Assembly: GCA_016936615.1 (NCBI GenBank)
Contig: JAFGXN010000141.1
Span: forward strand, 6,053 to 70,052
From: Spirochaetales bacterium
GTDB lineage: Bacteria > Spirochaetota > Spirochaetia > JAFGXN01
DNA length: 64,000 nucleotides
Direction: 5' to 3'
A model generated the notes under the pieces. It was given only the letters and a program-made list of their open reading frames with translations, was not told the DNA's origin and searched no databases. This document shows positions 40,050-49,336 of the stretch, in pieces; positions within the stretch are counted from its first letter, which is position 1, and the number at the start of each line of letters is the position of its first letter. The position numbers were made by a program, and so were the translations under genes.

Positions 40050-40694
40050 ATGAGAATACAAAGTCTTGTGATGTTAATTTTTTGCATAAGCTCATGTGCT
40101 ACTTTTTCCAATTCAGAACTGACTCAAGCACAGCAGTCAAGGGTTAATAAGATTGTAGAAGCTGCCTACCAATTAGAAGGGAAAAAGACATTAGTTGTCA
40201 ACGAGAAGAAGTTCAACTCCGACTGCACAGGCGCAATCGCAGCAGTCTACCACAATGCCGGGATAGACCTATACAAGTATATCCAGAAATACAAAGGAAA
40301 CGGCGTAACTAGGCTTTACAACCTACTTTCTGACTATAAATTGTTGCATTTCAGCTCTTTCCCACGGGTTGGGGATATAATTTTCTGGGACAACACCTAC
40401 GATAAGAACAACGATAAGATTGAAAATGATGAGCTAACACACACTGGAATTGTAATATCAGTCTCTCGCAACGGAGATATTAAATATGCACACTACCACT
40501 ATACTAAAGGCTTCACAATTGAATCAATGAACCTTCTTTTCCCAGACATCTACACAAAAGAGATAAATGGGAAAGTGGTTGTAATTAATTCGCCAATGAG
40601 AGCAAAATCTGCCCCCAAAAGCAAGAATTGGTTAGCATCACACCTGTGCAGAAAATTTGGAATGGGATATTTTCTACCTGATCTAGTTGATTAA
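40050..40694 (+). CDS. NlpC/P60 (CHAP-like) peptidoglycan hydrolase lipoprotein
   Basis: Lipobox ISSC; DCTG catalytic Cys, GDIIFWDNTYD, THTGIV. Confidence 0.85.
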   Translation: MRIQSLVMLIFCISSCATFSNSELTQAQQSRVNKIVEAAYQLEGKKTLVVNEKKFNSDCTGAIAAVYHNAGIDLYKYIQKYKGNGVTRLYNLLSDYKLLHFSSFPRVGDIIFWDNTYDKNNDKIENDELTHTGIVISVSRNGDIKYAHYHYTKGFTIESMNLLFPDIYTKEINGKVVVINSPMRAKSAPKSKNWLASHLCRKFGMGYFLPDLVD

Positions 40695-41527
40695 TCCTTT
40701 TTTGCACCATAAGAATAGAATTTGAAACCATCCTTATCTAATATATCTAGACTTGCGCCAGATTTAATCAGCAAAGCAACAATATCACTTCTATCAATCG
40801 AAGCAGCAAACATCAAGGCGGTTTGACCGCTAGAATTTTTCAAATTCAAATTAGCATCTGCCTCTACAAGAATCTCCACAATCGGCAAGAATCCCTTGAC
40901 AGTAGCTAGCATCAAAGCTGAATAACCATCTTTATCCTGTTGATCAACCTTTGCACCAGAATCAACAAGAACCCTGACATAATCGACCCGCCCAAAGAAA
41001 GCAGCATACAATAATGCAGAAGACTTCTCACTATCAGTATAATTTACATCAGCACCGCCAACAATCAGCTCTGAAAACTCCGCAAATCTATCATCAATAA
41101 CACATTTTATCAAAGTCGGAGACTCTTTCTTCGACGGAGCAACTCTCTGCTCAAGTTCAATCATCGAAGGATCAACCTCACCTAGTGTCTCGAGTGCTGC
41201 ATAAAGCTTCTTAAAGAGCTTATCGTCACCACTTGATTTTGCGACAGAAAATGGAGAAAGTCCAGATCTCCCCCGGAAATCAGGTCGCGCCCCTTGCGAA
41301 AGCAAATAATCAATCGATATAGGCTTTTGCCTAACCACAGCATACAACAAAGGTGTAAACCCAGTACTTGAAAGACCATTTATATCAGCACCTTCAGCAA
41401 GAACACGCCCAATACCCTGAATATTCTGAGCATCTATCTCAACAAGCATTCTATCCTGAAGTTCATACGAGTTTGTAAAACTTAGTAAAAAGAGAGAAAC
41501 CATACCAATAAAAATTAACTTTTTCAT
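40691..41527 (-). CDS. Exported ankyrin-repeat protein
   Basis: Signal peptide; repeats GFTPLLYAV, SALLYAA, GYSALMLA, GQTALMFAA with GADxN linkers. Confidence 0.9.
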   Translation of the reverse strand: MKKLIFIGMVSLFLLSFTNSYELQDRMLVEIDAQNIQGIGRVLAEGADINGLSSTGFTPLLYAVVRQKPISIDYLLSQGARPDFRGRSGLSPFSVAKSSGDDKLFKKLYAALETLGEVDPSMIELEQRVAPSKKESPTLIKCVIDDRFAEFSELIVGGADVNYTDSEKSSALLYAAFFGRVDYVRVLVDSGAKVDQQDKDGYSALMLATVKGFLPIVEILVEADANLNLKNSSGQTALMFAASIDRSDIVALLIKSGASLDILDKDGFKFYSYGAKKD

Positions 41528-41533
41528 AAGATA

Positions 41534-41562
41534 ATATTATCAGATAAAAATTGCATAGGCAA
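41534..41562 (-). promoter_or_regulatory. Sigma70 extended -10 promoter, leaderless geometry
   Basis: TTGCCT-17-(TGa)TAATAT-6 nt-ATG. Confidence 0.65.
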
Positions 41563-41676
41563 GCTTTTTCATTCTCTCAATTCTAATAATAACAAAATCA
41601 CAAGTCTTGCATGTTGACGAATCAAAGAATTGACAATATTATTGAGAAAGAAAATATATTCAAAAAGGGGAAAAAG

Positions 41677-42837
41677 ATGATAAGACGAATGGTTTTAAAT
41701 GAAACGTTTTACTTTGGAGTTGATGCTATTTCTACAATTCCAACAGAGGTAAAAAAACGTGGATTTAAGAAAATTCTAATCGTTACCGACAAAGATCTAA
41801 TTAAATTCAATGTAGCAACAAAGGTAACTAAGATTCTTGACGAAAATTCCATCGCGTATGAGATTTTCAGCGATGTTAAGGCAAATCCTGCAGTAGCAAA
41901 TGTTAAGGCTGGTGTAGATTTTTTCAAAAGGGCAAAGGCTGACAGCATAATCGCTATTGGTGGAGGCTCTGCAATCGACACATCTAAGGCAATCGGAATA
42001 ATAATCAACAACCCGGAGCACTCAGATGTGCTTAGCCTTGAGGGAGCAATTGACACTAAGAATAAATCCGTGCCGATAATTGCAGTCCCAACAACAGCAG
42101 GGACAGCTGCAGAAGTAACGATAAATTATGTAATCACAGATGAAGACAAAAAGAGAAAATTCGTATGTGTCGATCCAAATGATATACCGATACTCTCAGT
42201 TGTTGATCCAATGATGATGAACTCTATGCCGAAAGGGCTTACAGCTGCCACCGGGATGGATGCCCTTACCCACGCAATTGAAGGTTTCATAACAAAAGGG
42301 GCATGGGAATTAACAGACACTCTACATCTCAAGGCTATCGAGATGATCTCTCGAAGTCTAAGAAAAGCAGCTAACCAGAATGACCTAAAGGCTCGCGAAG
42401 ATATGGCAATTGGCCAGTATGTTGCAGGAATGGGATTCTCTAATGTAGGACTAGGGATTGTCCACTCTATGGCTCACCCTCTCGGAGCATTCTACGACAC
42501 ACCTCACGGAGTTGCAAACGCAGTACTACTTCCTTTTGTAATGGAATACAATGCAAATTTTACTGGAGAAAAGTACAAAGAAATTGCTAAGGCAATGGGT
42601 GTAGCAAACACAGAGACAATGAGCGAATCAGAGTACCGCGCGGCTGCTATCAACGCAGTAAAGCAACTCTCAGCCGACATAGAGATACCAAAATCACTCA
42701 ACGAGATTGGAGTCAAAGAAGAAGATCTCCAGGCTCTTGCAGAGAGCGCATTCGCAGATGTCTGCACAGGCGGAAATCCACGAGACACCTCTATCAGCGA
42801 CATTTTAGAAATATACAAAACCGCCTTCAAAGGCTAA
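41677..42837 (+). CDS. fucO: Lactaldehyde reductase (iron-containing alcohol dehydrogenase)
   Basis: RMVLNETFYFG, GGGSAIDTSK, PTTAGTAAEVTINYVITD, GFSNVGLGIVHSMAHPLGAFYDTPHG, DVCTGGNPR; start set at ATG 41677. Confidence 0.92.
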   Translation: MIRRMVLNETFYFGVDAISTIPTEVKKRGFKKILIVTDKDLIKFNVATKVTKILDENSIAYEIFSDVKANPAVANVKAGVDFFKRAKADSIIAIGGGSAIDTSKAIGIIINNPEHSDVLSLEGAIDTKNKSVPIIAVPTTAGTAAEVTINYVITDEDKKRKFVCVDPNDIPILSVVDPMMMNSMPKGLTAATGMDALTHAIEGFITKGAWELTDTLHLKAIEMISRSLRKAANQNDLKAREDMAIGQYVAGMGFSNVGLGIVHSMAHPLGAFYDTPHGVANAVLLPFVMEYNANFTGEKYKEIAKAMGVANTETMSESEYRAAAINAVKQLSADIEIPKSLNEIGVKEEDLQALAESAFADVCTGGNPRDTSISDILEIYKTAFKG

Positions 42838-42844
42838 TTAATTA

Positions 42845-42871
42845 AAAAACGAGGGATTTCCCCTCGTTTTT
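42845..42871. terminator. Bidirectional intrinsic terminator between fucO and the GLUG gene
   Basis: AAAAACGAGGG-ATTTC-CCCTCGTTTTT. Confidence 0.85.
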
Positions 42872-42876
42872 CTATT

Positions 42877-44622
42877 TTATGGTCGTAAATTTGGATAAGC
42901 TGAATCGATAAGCCAAACTTTTGAAAAATCCCAACCAACAAAGGTTTTCGACACCTTGAGTTGTGCTGTTGTCTTAGGCTCGCCCTTACCTATGTCAGCC
43001 ATTCCAGAAGTATCCGAGTCATAATAAGAGTTAGTAACAACAGAAGAGTCATCATTCTCTCCTATAAGCCCACCAAGAGAGCCATTTCCAGATACATTCC
43101 CGTTAGAGTAACAACGCTTGATTGAAATCTCAAAATAAAGTCCTGAACCGTGGGAAGTCTCAAGCCCCTTACTCCAACCAACCAATCCACCAACGCCATT
43201 AGCCTGACCAGAGACATTCCCAACTGCATAGCAATCTTCGATAGAACCTCTATTCTCGCCGACAAAACCACCTGCAGAATCTCCAGACGATGAAACTCCC
43301 CCAGTTGCAGTAGAGAGAGAGATAGTGCCCAAATTACTACCAACAAGCCCACCCGCCTGCATTGCTGCAGTAACAGTAGCTGAAGAAAAAGACTTAGTGA
43401 CAGAAGATTGACTATTATAACCAACCAATCCACCAGCAGGGCTCCTCGCAGAAGTTCCAGAAGCAGTAACACTGCCAGATGCAAAGCAATCCTCGACAGA
43501 AGCAACAGAATTTAACCAACCAACTAATCCCCCGACATTTGTCTCCCCAACAACAATGGCGGATGTCGTTCGAGAATTTAATACAGAAGAGGAGGAACAA
43601 GCACCAATAAGCCCTCCAACATCACTCTTCCCTGTAACCCTAGCTGCTGAAGAAGAATCCTCAACAACCCCACCATCACCTAAAAGATTTGGAGAATCGC
43701 ACAAACCAAGCAATCCGCCAACATACGCAGCGATACTACTTGCATCACCAACAACGCGAATACCAGAAGCCACAGAACAGTCAGAAAGAACCCCCAAGGA
43801 TCGACCAACCAATCCTCCGACATATGACTCTCCTTGTATACTCTTATCAGTGCCAGAAACAGAGAGAGAACAGTTTTCAATTAAAGCGTAAGAACTTATG
43901 ACAAAGCCTACCAGAGAACCAACAGAGACCTTACCGGTAACCTCAGCATCAACCAAATTTAAATTCTTGACAACTGCATTCTCAGTTATCGCAGAGAACA
44001 AGCCGACACCATATGCCTTATCATTGCTCAGATCAATCTTCAAGTTACTCACAGAGTAATTCCCACCGTCAAGAGAGCCAGAAAAACACTCAAAGCCGTA
44101 AGGGATATCACCAGAAGGAGACAAAGCATCGCCAATAGGATCCCATCCACTGCTTGTTGGATAATCAGTCAAATCAATATCTGCAATAATCTTAAACGAC
44201 TTATCTAAATAATCTCTCACATTATACAATTTCTCAGCAGTATCAATCTCAAAAGGATTGAAAACTGTTCCAGTACCAGAATCATATGGCGAATTTTGAA
44301 CATCCAGATCATTAACAAAGACAAGAATGACTGTTTTATCTCCACTCATAGTAATTGGTTGACTATTTGCACCAGAAAGAGAACCACTTGGAAGAACCCA
44401 ATGATCAAAAGACCAACCAGCTGAAGCCTGAGCAGAAAGCTCTACAACAGAATCACTCTTATACTCATGATCACCAGCAGCTATATTAGCCGCTCCCTCA
44501 CCTTGAACAACAATGGACAAAGTATATGTCAAAGAACCACCAGGAGTATCATTATTCTCTTCACCGCAAGAAAAGAGAAAGATAAGAGTTAAAAAAACAA
44601 CATATAATAATTTTTTTTCCAT
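42877..44622 (-). CDS. Surface lipoprotein with InlB B-repeat-like domain and GLUG/beta-helix repeats
   Basis: Lipobox LFSC; YTLSIVVQGEG...GWSFDHW; GTGT.FNPFEI; about ten GGLVG-type repeats; terminal FVGWDF..VW...YP. Confidence 0.85.
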   Translation of the reverse strand: MEKKLLYVVFLTLIFLFSCGEENNDTPGGSLTYTLSIVVQGEGAANIAAGDHEYKSDSVVELSAQASAGWSFDHWVLPSGSLSGANSQPITMSGDKTVILVFVNDLDVQNSPYDSGTGTVFNPFEIDTAEKLYNVRDYLDKSFKIIADIDLTDYPTSSGWDPIGDALSPSGDIPYGFECFSGSLDGGNYSVSNLKIDLSNDKAYGVGLFSAITENAVVKNLNLVDAEVTGKVSVGSLVGFVISSYALIENCSLSVSGTDKSIQGESYVGGLVGRSLGVLSDCSVASGIRVVGDASSIAAYVGGLLGLCDSPNLLGDGGVVEDSSSAARVTGKSDVGGLIGACSSSSVLNSRTTSAIVVGETNVGGLVGWLNSVASVEDCFASGSVTASGTSARSPAGGLVGYNSQSSVTKSFSSATVTAAMQAGGLVGSNLGTISLSTATGGVSSSGDSAGGFVGENRGSIEDCYAVGNVSGQANGVGGLVGWSKGLETSHGSGLYFEISIKRCYSNGNVSGNGSLGGLIGENDDSSVVTNSYYDSDTSGMADIGKGEPKTTAQLKVSKTFVGWDFSKVWLIDSAYPNLRP

Positions 44623-44668
44623 AAAAAAACTCCTCTCCTTAATATATCAAGAAAAGAGAGGAGCTCAA
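44623..44668 (-). terminator. Terminator-like hairpin overlapping the GLUG gene SD, with an embedded promoter
   Basis: Minus strand CTCCTCTC-N18-GAGAGGAG-TTTTTTT-ATG; TTGAGC-16-(TGa)TATATT lies within it. Confidence 0.55.
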
Positions 44669-44679
44669 AGCTTTTTTTC

Positions 44680-45558
44680 TTAAAAATCCCGTTCAAGAAC
44701 CATACGCATCAATCCATTTACATGAACATTTTTGGGAAAGATTTCAAGAGCTTTTCGCAAGTAGAGCTCGGCACTCTCATAATCCCCTTCCTTCGCATAA
44801 GAGTGACCCAAAACCGTGTATATATCAAAATAATCAATCCTATCTAACGAACAATTATTCGAAGTTAAAAGATTATTCATCATCTCGATAGCCAGCCGAG
44901 GCTTCCCCCCGTACAATTTTGGAGGATAAGACTTAGAAGCTGCAAAAAGGATAAGAGCCTTCGCATTTGAACCATTTATCTCTATAGCACGTTCTAATGC
45001 CTTAACAACATCACGTCCATTTTTAAAAAGAAAGCCTAAATCATTAAAAGTACAGAAATTACCAAGAACCGCAGAATACAAAGTGAGAACATTGTCATCT
45101 TCTCCCTCACTCAAAGCAAGCTCAATATAATTCAAAGACTCTTGATAGTGCTGAAAGATTAAATCAATATTACTATGCAGCTTAGCAAGCGACACAATAG
45201 CACCCTTTCGAAGCTTTCGATTATGATCTATCGCTACCTCTTCATTATCAAAAAGTTGATACGCCTTCCCCATCAGAAATTCATTCTGAACCATAAAATA
45301 ATTTTTTTCAACAAACCCAATAGACAAAGAAGAGCTAAGCAACGAATTTATCTCTCTGTAAATCTCTTTCTGCCTAGTCAGACTATCGACTTGGGCTAAT
45401 ACACTCTCCGAGAAGAAATTTAATTTTTCTTCAAGAACCTCAACCTCATTTTTAATCTTTTCTGCTGCAAACCCTACAGAAAAAACTAATGTTAAACAAA
45501 ATGCTACAAATCTAGTTTTCATACCCATATAATTAATAAAAAAGCATACAAAATTCAA
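44680..45558 (-). CDS. Exported tetratricopeptide-repeat protein
   Basis: Signal peptide (true start probably 45522 or 45528); TPR motifs ALERAIEING.N and LGHSY...AELYLRKALEIFPKN. Confidence 0.8.
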   Translation of the reverse strand: MNFVCFFINYMGMKTRFVAFCLTLVFSVGFAAEKIKNEVEVLEEKLNFFSESVLAQVDSLTRQKEIYREINSLLSSSLSIGFVEKNYFMVQNEFLMGKAYQLFDNEEVAIDHNRKLRKGAIVSLAKLHSNIDLIFQHYQESLNYIELALSEGEDDNVLTLYSAVLGNFCTFNDLGFLFKNGRDVVKALERAIEINGSNAKALILFAASKSYPPKLYGGKPRLAIEMMNNLLTSNNCSLDRIDYFDIYTVLGHSYAKEGDYESAELYLRKALEIFPKNVHVNGLMRMVLERDF

Positions 45559-45629
45559 GGATTTTATAGACTTTTTAGAGAATTTTAATCTTTTTAATAT
45601 TTACTATTAAAAACCAACCATAAACCCAT

Positions 45630-46913
45630 CTACAAGGTTTCGTCCAAAACCATTTGCGCTGCTTTCTTTCCGCTAAGCAGAGATTGATCACTCCAGAGGT
45701 AGCCCCACTCGCCAAAACGTCCACAAGAGATAATCTCCTGTTGCTTTAGGTAGTCGAGGACAATCTTCCGATTTCTATAGATTTCATGGTCAAATATAAC
45801 ATTGGCATATTTTATAGTCCTAACATCGCTAACTTCGATATCAGAATTATTAAATATCCCCATTTTTATACCAGAATCTATCACATGATCGAGAAGATAC
45901 TCTTCGGAATAATTGTTCTTTTGCTGATTACGGTAAATCTCAAATTGAAGCGATGACTTCCCACAAGGGACATTGTCGCTACTTTTAAGAGATGGCGAAT
46001 ATGCTCGCGCTGGCAAAATTTCTTCATCATATACGTAGAACCAAAGATGCTTTGCAATATCAGGCTGATTAAATCCTAACGAGACAATTGTCCCACTGCT
46101 ACACTGCAACTTCTTCGCAGCTTCAGTAACTTGACTCGGAACATCTGGCAGGATCTTCACAATCTCAGGCAACGGTAGACTTGAGATCAAAAATTCATAG
46201 TGAACACTTGAACCATCCTCAAATTCGACCTTCTTAGCCTTTGGATTGATAAACACAGCCTTTTTCCCAAATCTCTTATCTGCAACATCTGCTGCTGGCT
46301 CTAAAAACCGTCTGTAACCTCCTTTTTCTGGATATCTCATCACCTTAGTGTAATATTTATTCTCAGTGTTTGGAGCAATCGCACCATCTATAACCTCGGC
46401 AAGATCAGGAACATGCATCCTAATCCCTACCCACTTTGTCTCTAGCTGATTCGCTTCCACAGTCCAGTACTTCCGTGTATATTTCAGAGGGAAATTCTCT
46501 GCAAAATAATCGCCATACTGTAGCCGTAACCACTCTTCATAATTTTTACACTCTGAAGGACGCCCATCAGCTCTTGTTGCAAAGCTCTTGATGACTTCAA
46601 CCTTCTCTGCTGTGCTCAATGGAAATAAATTGTTCTGAACTGGATGACGTAACCATGTCCCCTTGTAGTAATTTGAAGACTCTGGTGGATGACTGATGTA
46701 GGAATTTCTCAGAAAGATATCATTCACATCAATATTTTCTGAAAAAGAAAAATGAACAAATTTATCAAAACGGAAATCACCAAGATTAAAACAGCCACAA
46801 AGACCGCCCCAATCGGAGTCTTTCTCGTAAATAACAGAGGAAATTTTATTTTTTTTCAGGAAAAAAGAGGCGCCTAACCCGGCAGGGCCAGCCCCAAGTA
46901 TAACGCAACTCAA
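45630..46913 (-). CDS. FAD-dependent protein of the protoporphyrinogen oxidase/Glf-like superfamily; putative NDP-sugar pyranose-furanose mutase
   Basis: GAGPAGL, WGGLC, FDKFVHFSF, YTRKYW, YPEKGGY, GRFGEWGY.WSDQ; last gene of an NDP-sugar operon; TTG start overlaps upstream TGA. Confidence 0.7.
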   Translation of the reverse strand: MSCVILGAGPAGLGASFFLKKNKISSVIYEKDSDWGGLCGCFNLGDFRFDKFVHFSFSENIDVNDIFLRNSYISHPPESSNYYKGTWLRHPVQNNLFPLSTAEKVEVIKSFATRADGRPSECKNYEEWLRLQYGDYFAENFPLKYTRKYWTVEANQLETKWVGIRMHVPDLAEVIDGAIAPNTENKYYTKVMRYPEKGGYRRFLEPAADVADKRFGKKAVFINPKAKKVEFEDGSSVHYEFLISSLPLPEIVKILPDVPSQVTEAAKKLQCSSGTIVSLGFNQPDIAKHLWFYVYDEEILPARAYSPSLKSSDNVPCGKSSLQFEIYRNQQKNNYSEEYLLDHVIDSGIKMGIFNNSDIEVSDVRTIKYANVIFDHEIYRNRKIVLDYLKQQEIISCGRFGEWGYLWSDQSLLSGKKAAQMVLDETL

Positions 46914-47767
46914 TCCACACCCCTTGATTTCTCGATAAATTCTGCCAACGCAAGCTTCCAGCTTCGCATCACAGAGAGATTCTCCAGCTCTAATCTGAAA
47001 TTCTTCGCAGATTCATTCCAGCTCACAGGAGCCTTCCGGACAAACATCTCAGGAGTCCCTGCCTCCACGCGAGAATTCACCCCGGATAGGCGAATTATCT
47101 CCTTTACATACTCATATCTTGTGGCAGTTCCCTCGCCCACAACGTTGTAGACCCCAATGCAATTATTCTCCAGCAAAACAAAAAGCTGCTTAACAAGGTC
47201 GCAGACATAGGTTGGATTGCCTTTTTGACCTGGATCTGAATACAGGAGCGGGTTCTTTTTAGCCTCATCAATGCGAGCCTTGATGAAATTTTTCTTAATC
47301 TGCTCATTTCCACCAAACAGCCAGCCAATTCTCACTATAAGAAAGTTATTCACATGTGAGTGAACAGCCCTCTCTGCGAGGAATTTAGTTTTATGATGAA
47401 TACTTAGTGGTTCAGGATTATCTAGCTCAGAGTACTCTTTCTCAAAATAATCGCCATAGATTCCTGTGCTTGAAATATAGACAAACTTGATATTTCGCCC
47501 CATACAGGCCTTCAATAGATTAATTGTTCCAGTTACGTTTATTCTGAATGCCTGATCTGGATGCTCTTCACAATAATCAACATTGGTCAATGCTGCACAG
47601 TGAATAACCAAGTCTGGCGAAATTTCCTCTACAACCTTAGCAACAGCAGCTGAATCTGTGATATCAAGGGTATCTATATCATAGCCAAAAATCTCAAAAT
47701 TACTTGGAGCTTCTAACTTTATTGTCGAGCCAAGAAGCCCGTAAACACCTGTAACTAGAACTTTCAT
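46910..47767 (-). CDS. NDP-4-keto-6-deoxyhexose reductase (RmlD/RfbD family SDR)
   Basis: LVTGVYGLLG, HCAALTNVDYCE, YISST, GNPTY; the usual YxxxK reads HHKTK. Confidence 0.85.
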   Translation of the reverse strand: MKVLVTGVYGLLGSTIKLEAPSNFEIFGYDIDTLDITDSAAVAKVVEEISPDLVIHCAALTNVDYCEEHPDQAFRINVTGTINLLKACMGRNIKFVYISSTGIYGDYFEKEYSELDNPEPLSIHHKTKFLAERAVHSHVNNFLIVRIGWLFGGNEQIKKNFIKARIDEAKKNPLLYSDPGQKGNPTYVCDLVKQLFVLLENNCIGVYNVVGEGTATRYEYVKEIIRLSGVNSRVEAGTPEMFVRKAPVSWNESAKNFRLELENLSVMRSWKLALAEFIEKSRGVD

Positions 47768-47769
47768 TT

Positions 47770-48219
47770 TTACCACCTATAAGGAATTTCTTCTGTTTCA
47801 AGAGGCAATATGTCTGCCTCTGCAGGGTCGTGCTCTATAGATGCGCAATTCTGAAGAAGGTTAAGACCTTCACTTCGCCCGCAAAAACTCATCCACACTC
47901 CTGGAGGAACAGTTAGCCTCTGATAATTAGAGTCGGAAGAAAGGACAATTTCTTGAATATTTCCTGACGTAGCTCCCTCTCTTGAGTCGTATAAGACAAA
48001 TTTAACCTCACCAACAGGGACTACCAGGTTCAGAACCATCTTGTTGTGGCGTTTCCACCCTTTGATACAATCCTTCTTCACTCCAGAGAAATAGACCTCG
48101 CCAAAGCCTGCATAGCCGTCAGAGGACTTTTTCATAGCGTGATAGACAAATCCAGTATCTTGAATTATCTGTTTTAACGGGGTCAAAATTACCCCATCAA
48201 TCGATGTTCCTTTTTCCAT
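47770..48219 (-). CDS. NDP-4-keto-6-deoxyhexose epimerase (RmlC-like cupin)
   Basis: FGEVYFS, KGWKRH, LVVPVGEVKFVLYDSR, LTVPPGVW, HDP. Confidence 0.85.
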   Translation of the reverse strand: MEKGTSIDGVILTPLKQIIQDTGFVYHAMKKSSDGYAGFGEVYFSGVKKDCIKGWKRHNKMVLNLVVPVGEVKFVLYDSREGATSGNIQEIVLSSDSNYQRLTVPPGVWMSFCGRSEGLNLLQNCASIEHDPAEADILPLETEEIPYRW

Positions 48220-48226
48220 ATCAACC

Positions 48227-49336
48227 TCAAACTATTGCCCAAGGTAATCTCTTCGAAATTGCCTTCTCTTGATAAGCCTGGATCTGTGCAGCTGTTAATT
48301 TTGAAACATCTGTACTCTCTTTGTAAAATTTATAGTACCAGGTACTTGTAAACTCTGCGACATCCTCATAATCAAGAACTGGAATCCATTTTAAGAAAAA
48401 CAAGGCCTTATCACAATTCAATTTAAGCAATCCTGCCTCATGAAAAGGCTTATGATCTGTAACCTCGAAGGCTTTAGACGAATCTGAGAAATTCCAATAC
48501 TTGCTTAAATCTTTAAGCAGCATCAATACAGTGTGGTTAACCTTAGAATCTGGTCCAAAATTAAAACTCTCTCCATGCAAGGATTTATCCTCATGGAGTC
48601 TCCATGCAAGATGCAAATATCCACTAAGAGGCTCTAGGACGTGTTGCCATGGTCTAGTAGCATCAGGACATCGAATTTCAACCTTGTTGCCCTTATCCCA
48701 GGCTCTCATACAATCAGGAACAATTCTATCAAGAGCCCAATCACCACCACCAATAACATTTCCTGCGCGAGCTGAAGCAAGTCGAACATTTGATTTTTCA
48801 TTATTAAAAAATGAGTGAAAATATGACTTAAAGACCAACTCAGCAGCACCTTTCGAACCACTATAGATATCTTTTCCACCCATTGCATCAGTTTCTTTGT
48901 ATCCCCACACCCACTCAACATTGTCATAACACTTATCACTTGTAATGACAATTGCAGTACACTCATGATTTGAAACCCGCAAAGCTTCAAGAATATTCAC
49001 TGTACCCATAACATTTGACTCAAAGGTCTCAGTTGGATTTGTATACGAGTATGAAACAATTGGCTGTGCTGCAAGATGAAAGACAAAATCAGGCTTTAAC
49101 GAACAAACCAAATCAGTAAGCTGTTGAAGATCTCTGACATCCTCTCTGTAATCATCTATCAACGAAGCAAGTTTAGCCTCTTCGAAAAGAGATGGGCTAG
49201 ATGGAACATCTTTCGAATAACCAGTAACCTTTGCGCCTAATTGTGTCAACCAAAGAGTAAGCCATGACCCCTTGAATCCTGTATGTCCTGTAACAAGAAC
49301 TTTTTTTCCTTCAAATATATTATTAAAAAATTTCAT
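48227..49336 (-). CDS. rfbG: CDP-glucose 4,6-dehydratase
   Basis: TGHTGFKGSWL, HLAAQPIV, TSDKCY, YSGSK, RAGNVIGGGDW, RPWQHVLEPLSGY. Confidence 0.96.
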   Translation of the reverse strand: MKFFNNIFEGKKVLVTGHTGFKGSWLTLWLTQLGAKVTGYSKDVPSSPSLFEEAKLASLIDDYREDVRDLQQLTDLVCSLKPDFVFHLAAQPIVSYSYTNPTETFESNVMGTVNILEALRVSNHECTAIVITSDKCYDNVEWVWGYKETDAMGGKDIYSGSKGAAELVFKSYFHSFFNNEKSNVRLASARAGNVIGGGDWALDRIVPDCMRAWDKGNKVEIRCPDATRPWQHVLEPLSGYLHLAWRLHEDKSLHGESFNFGPDSKVNHTVLMLLKDLSKYWNFSDSSKAFEVTDHKPFHEAGLLKLNCDKALFFLKWIPVLDYEDVAEFTSTWYYKFYKESTDVSKLTAAQIQAYQEKAISKRLPWAIV

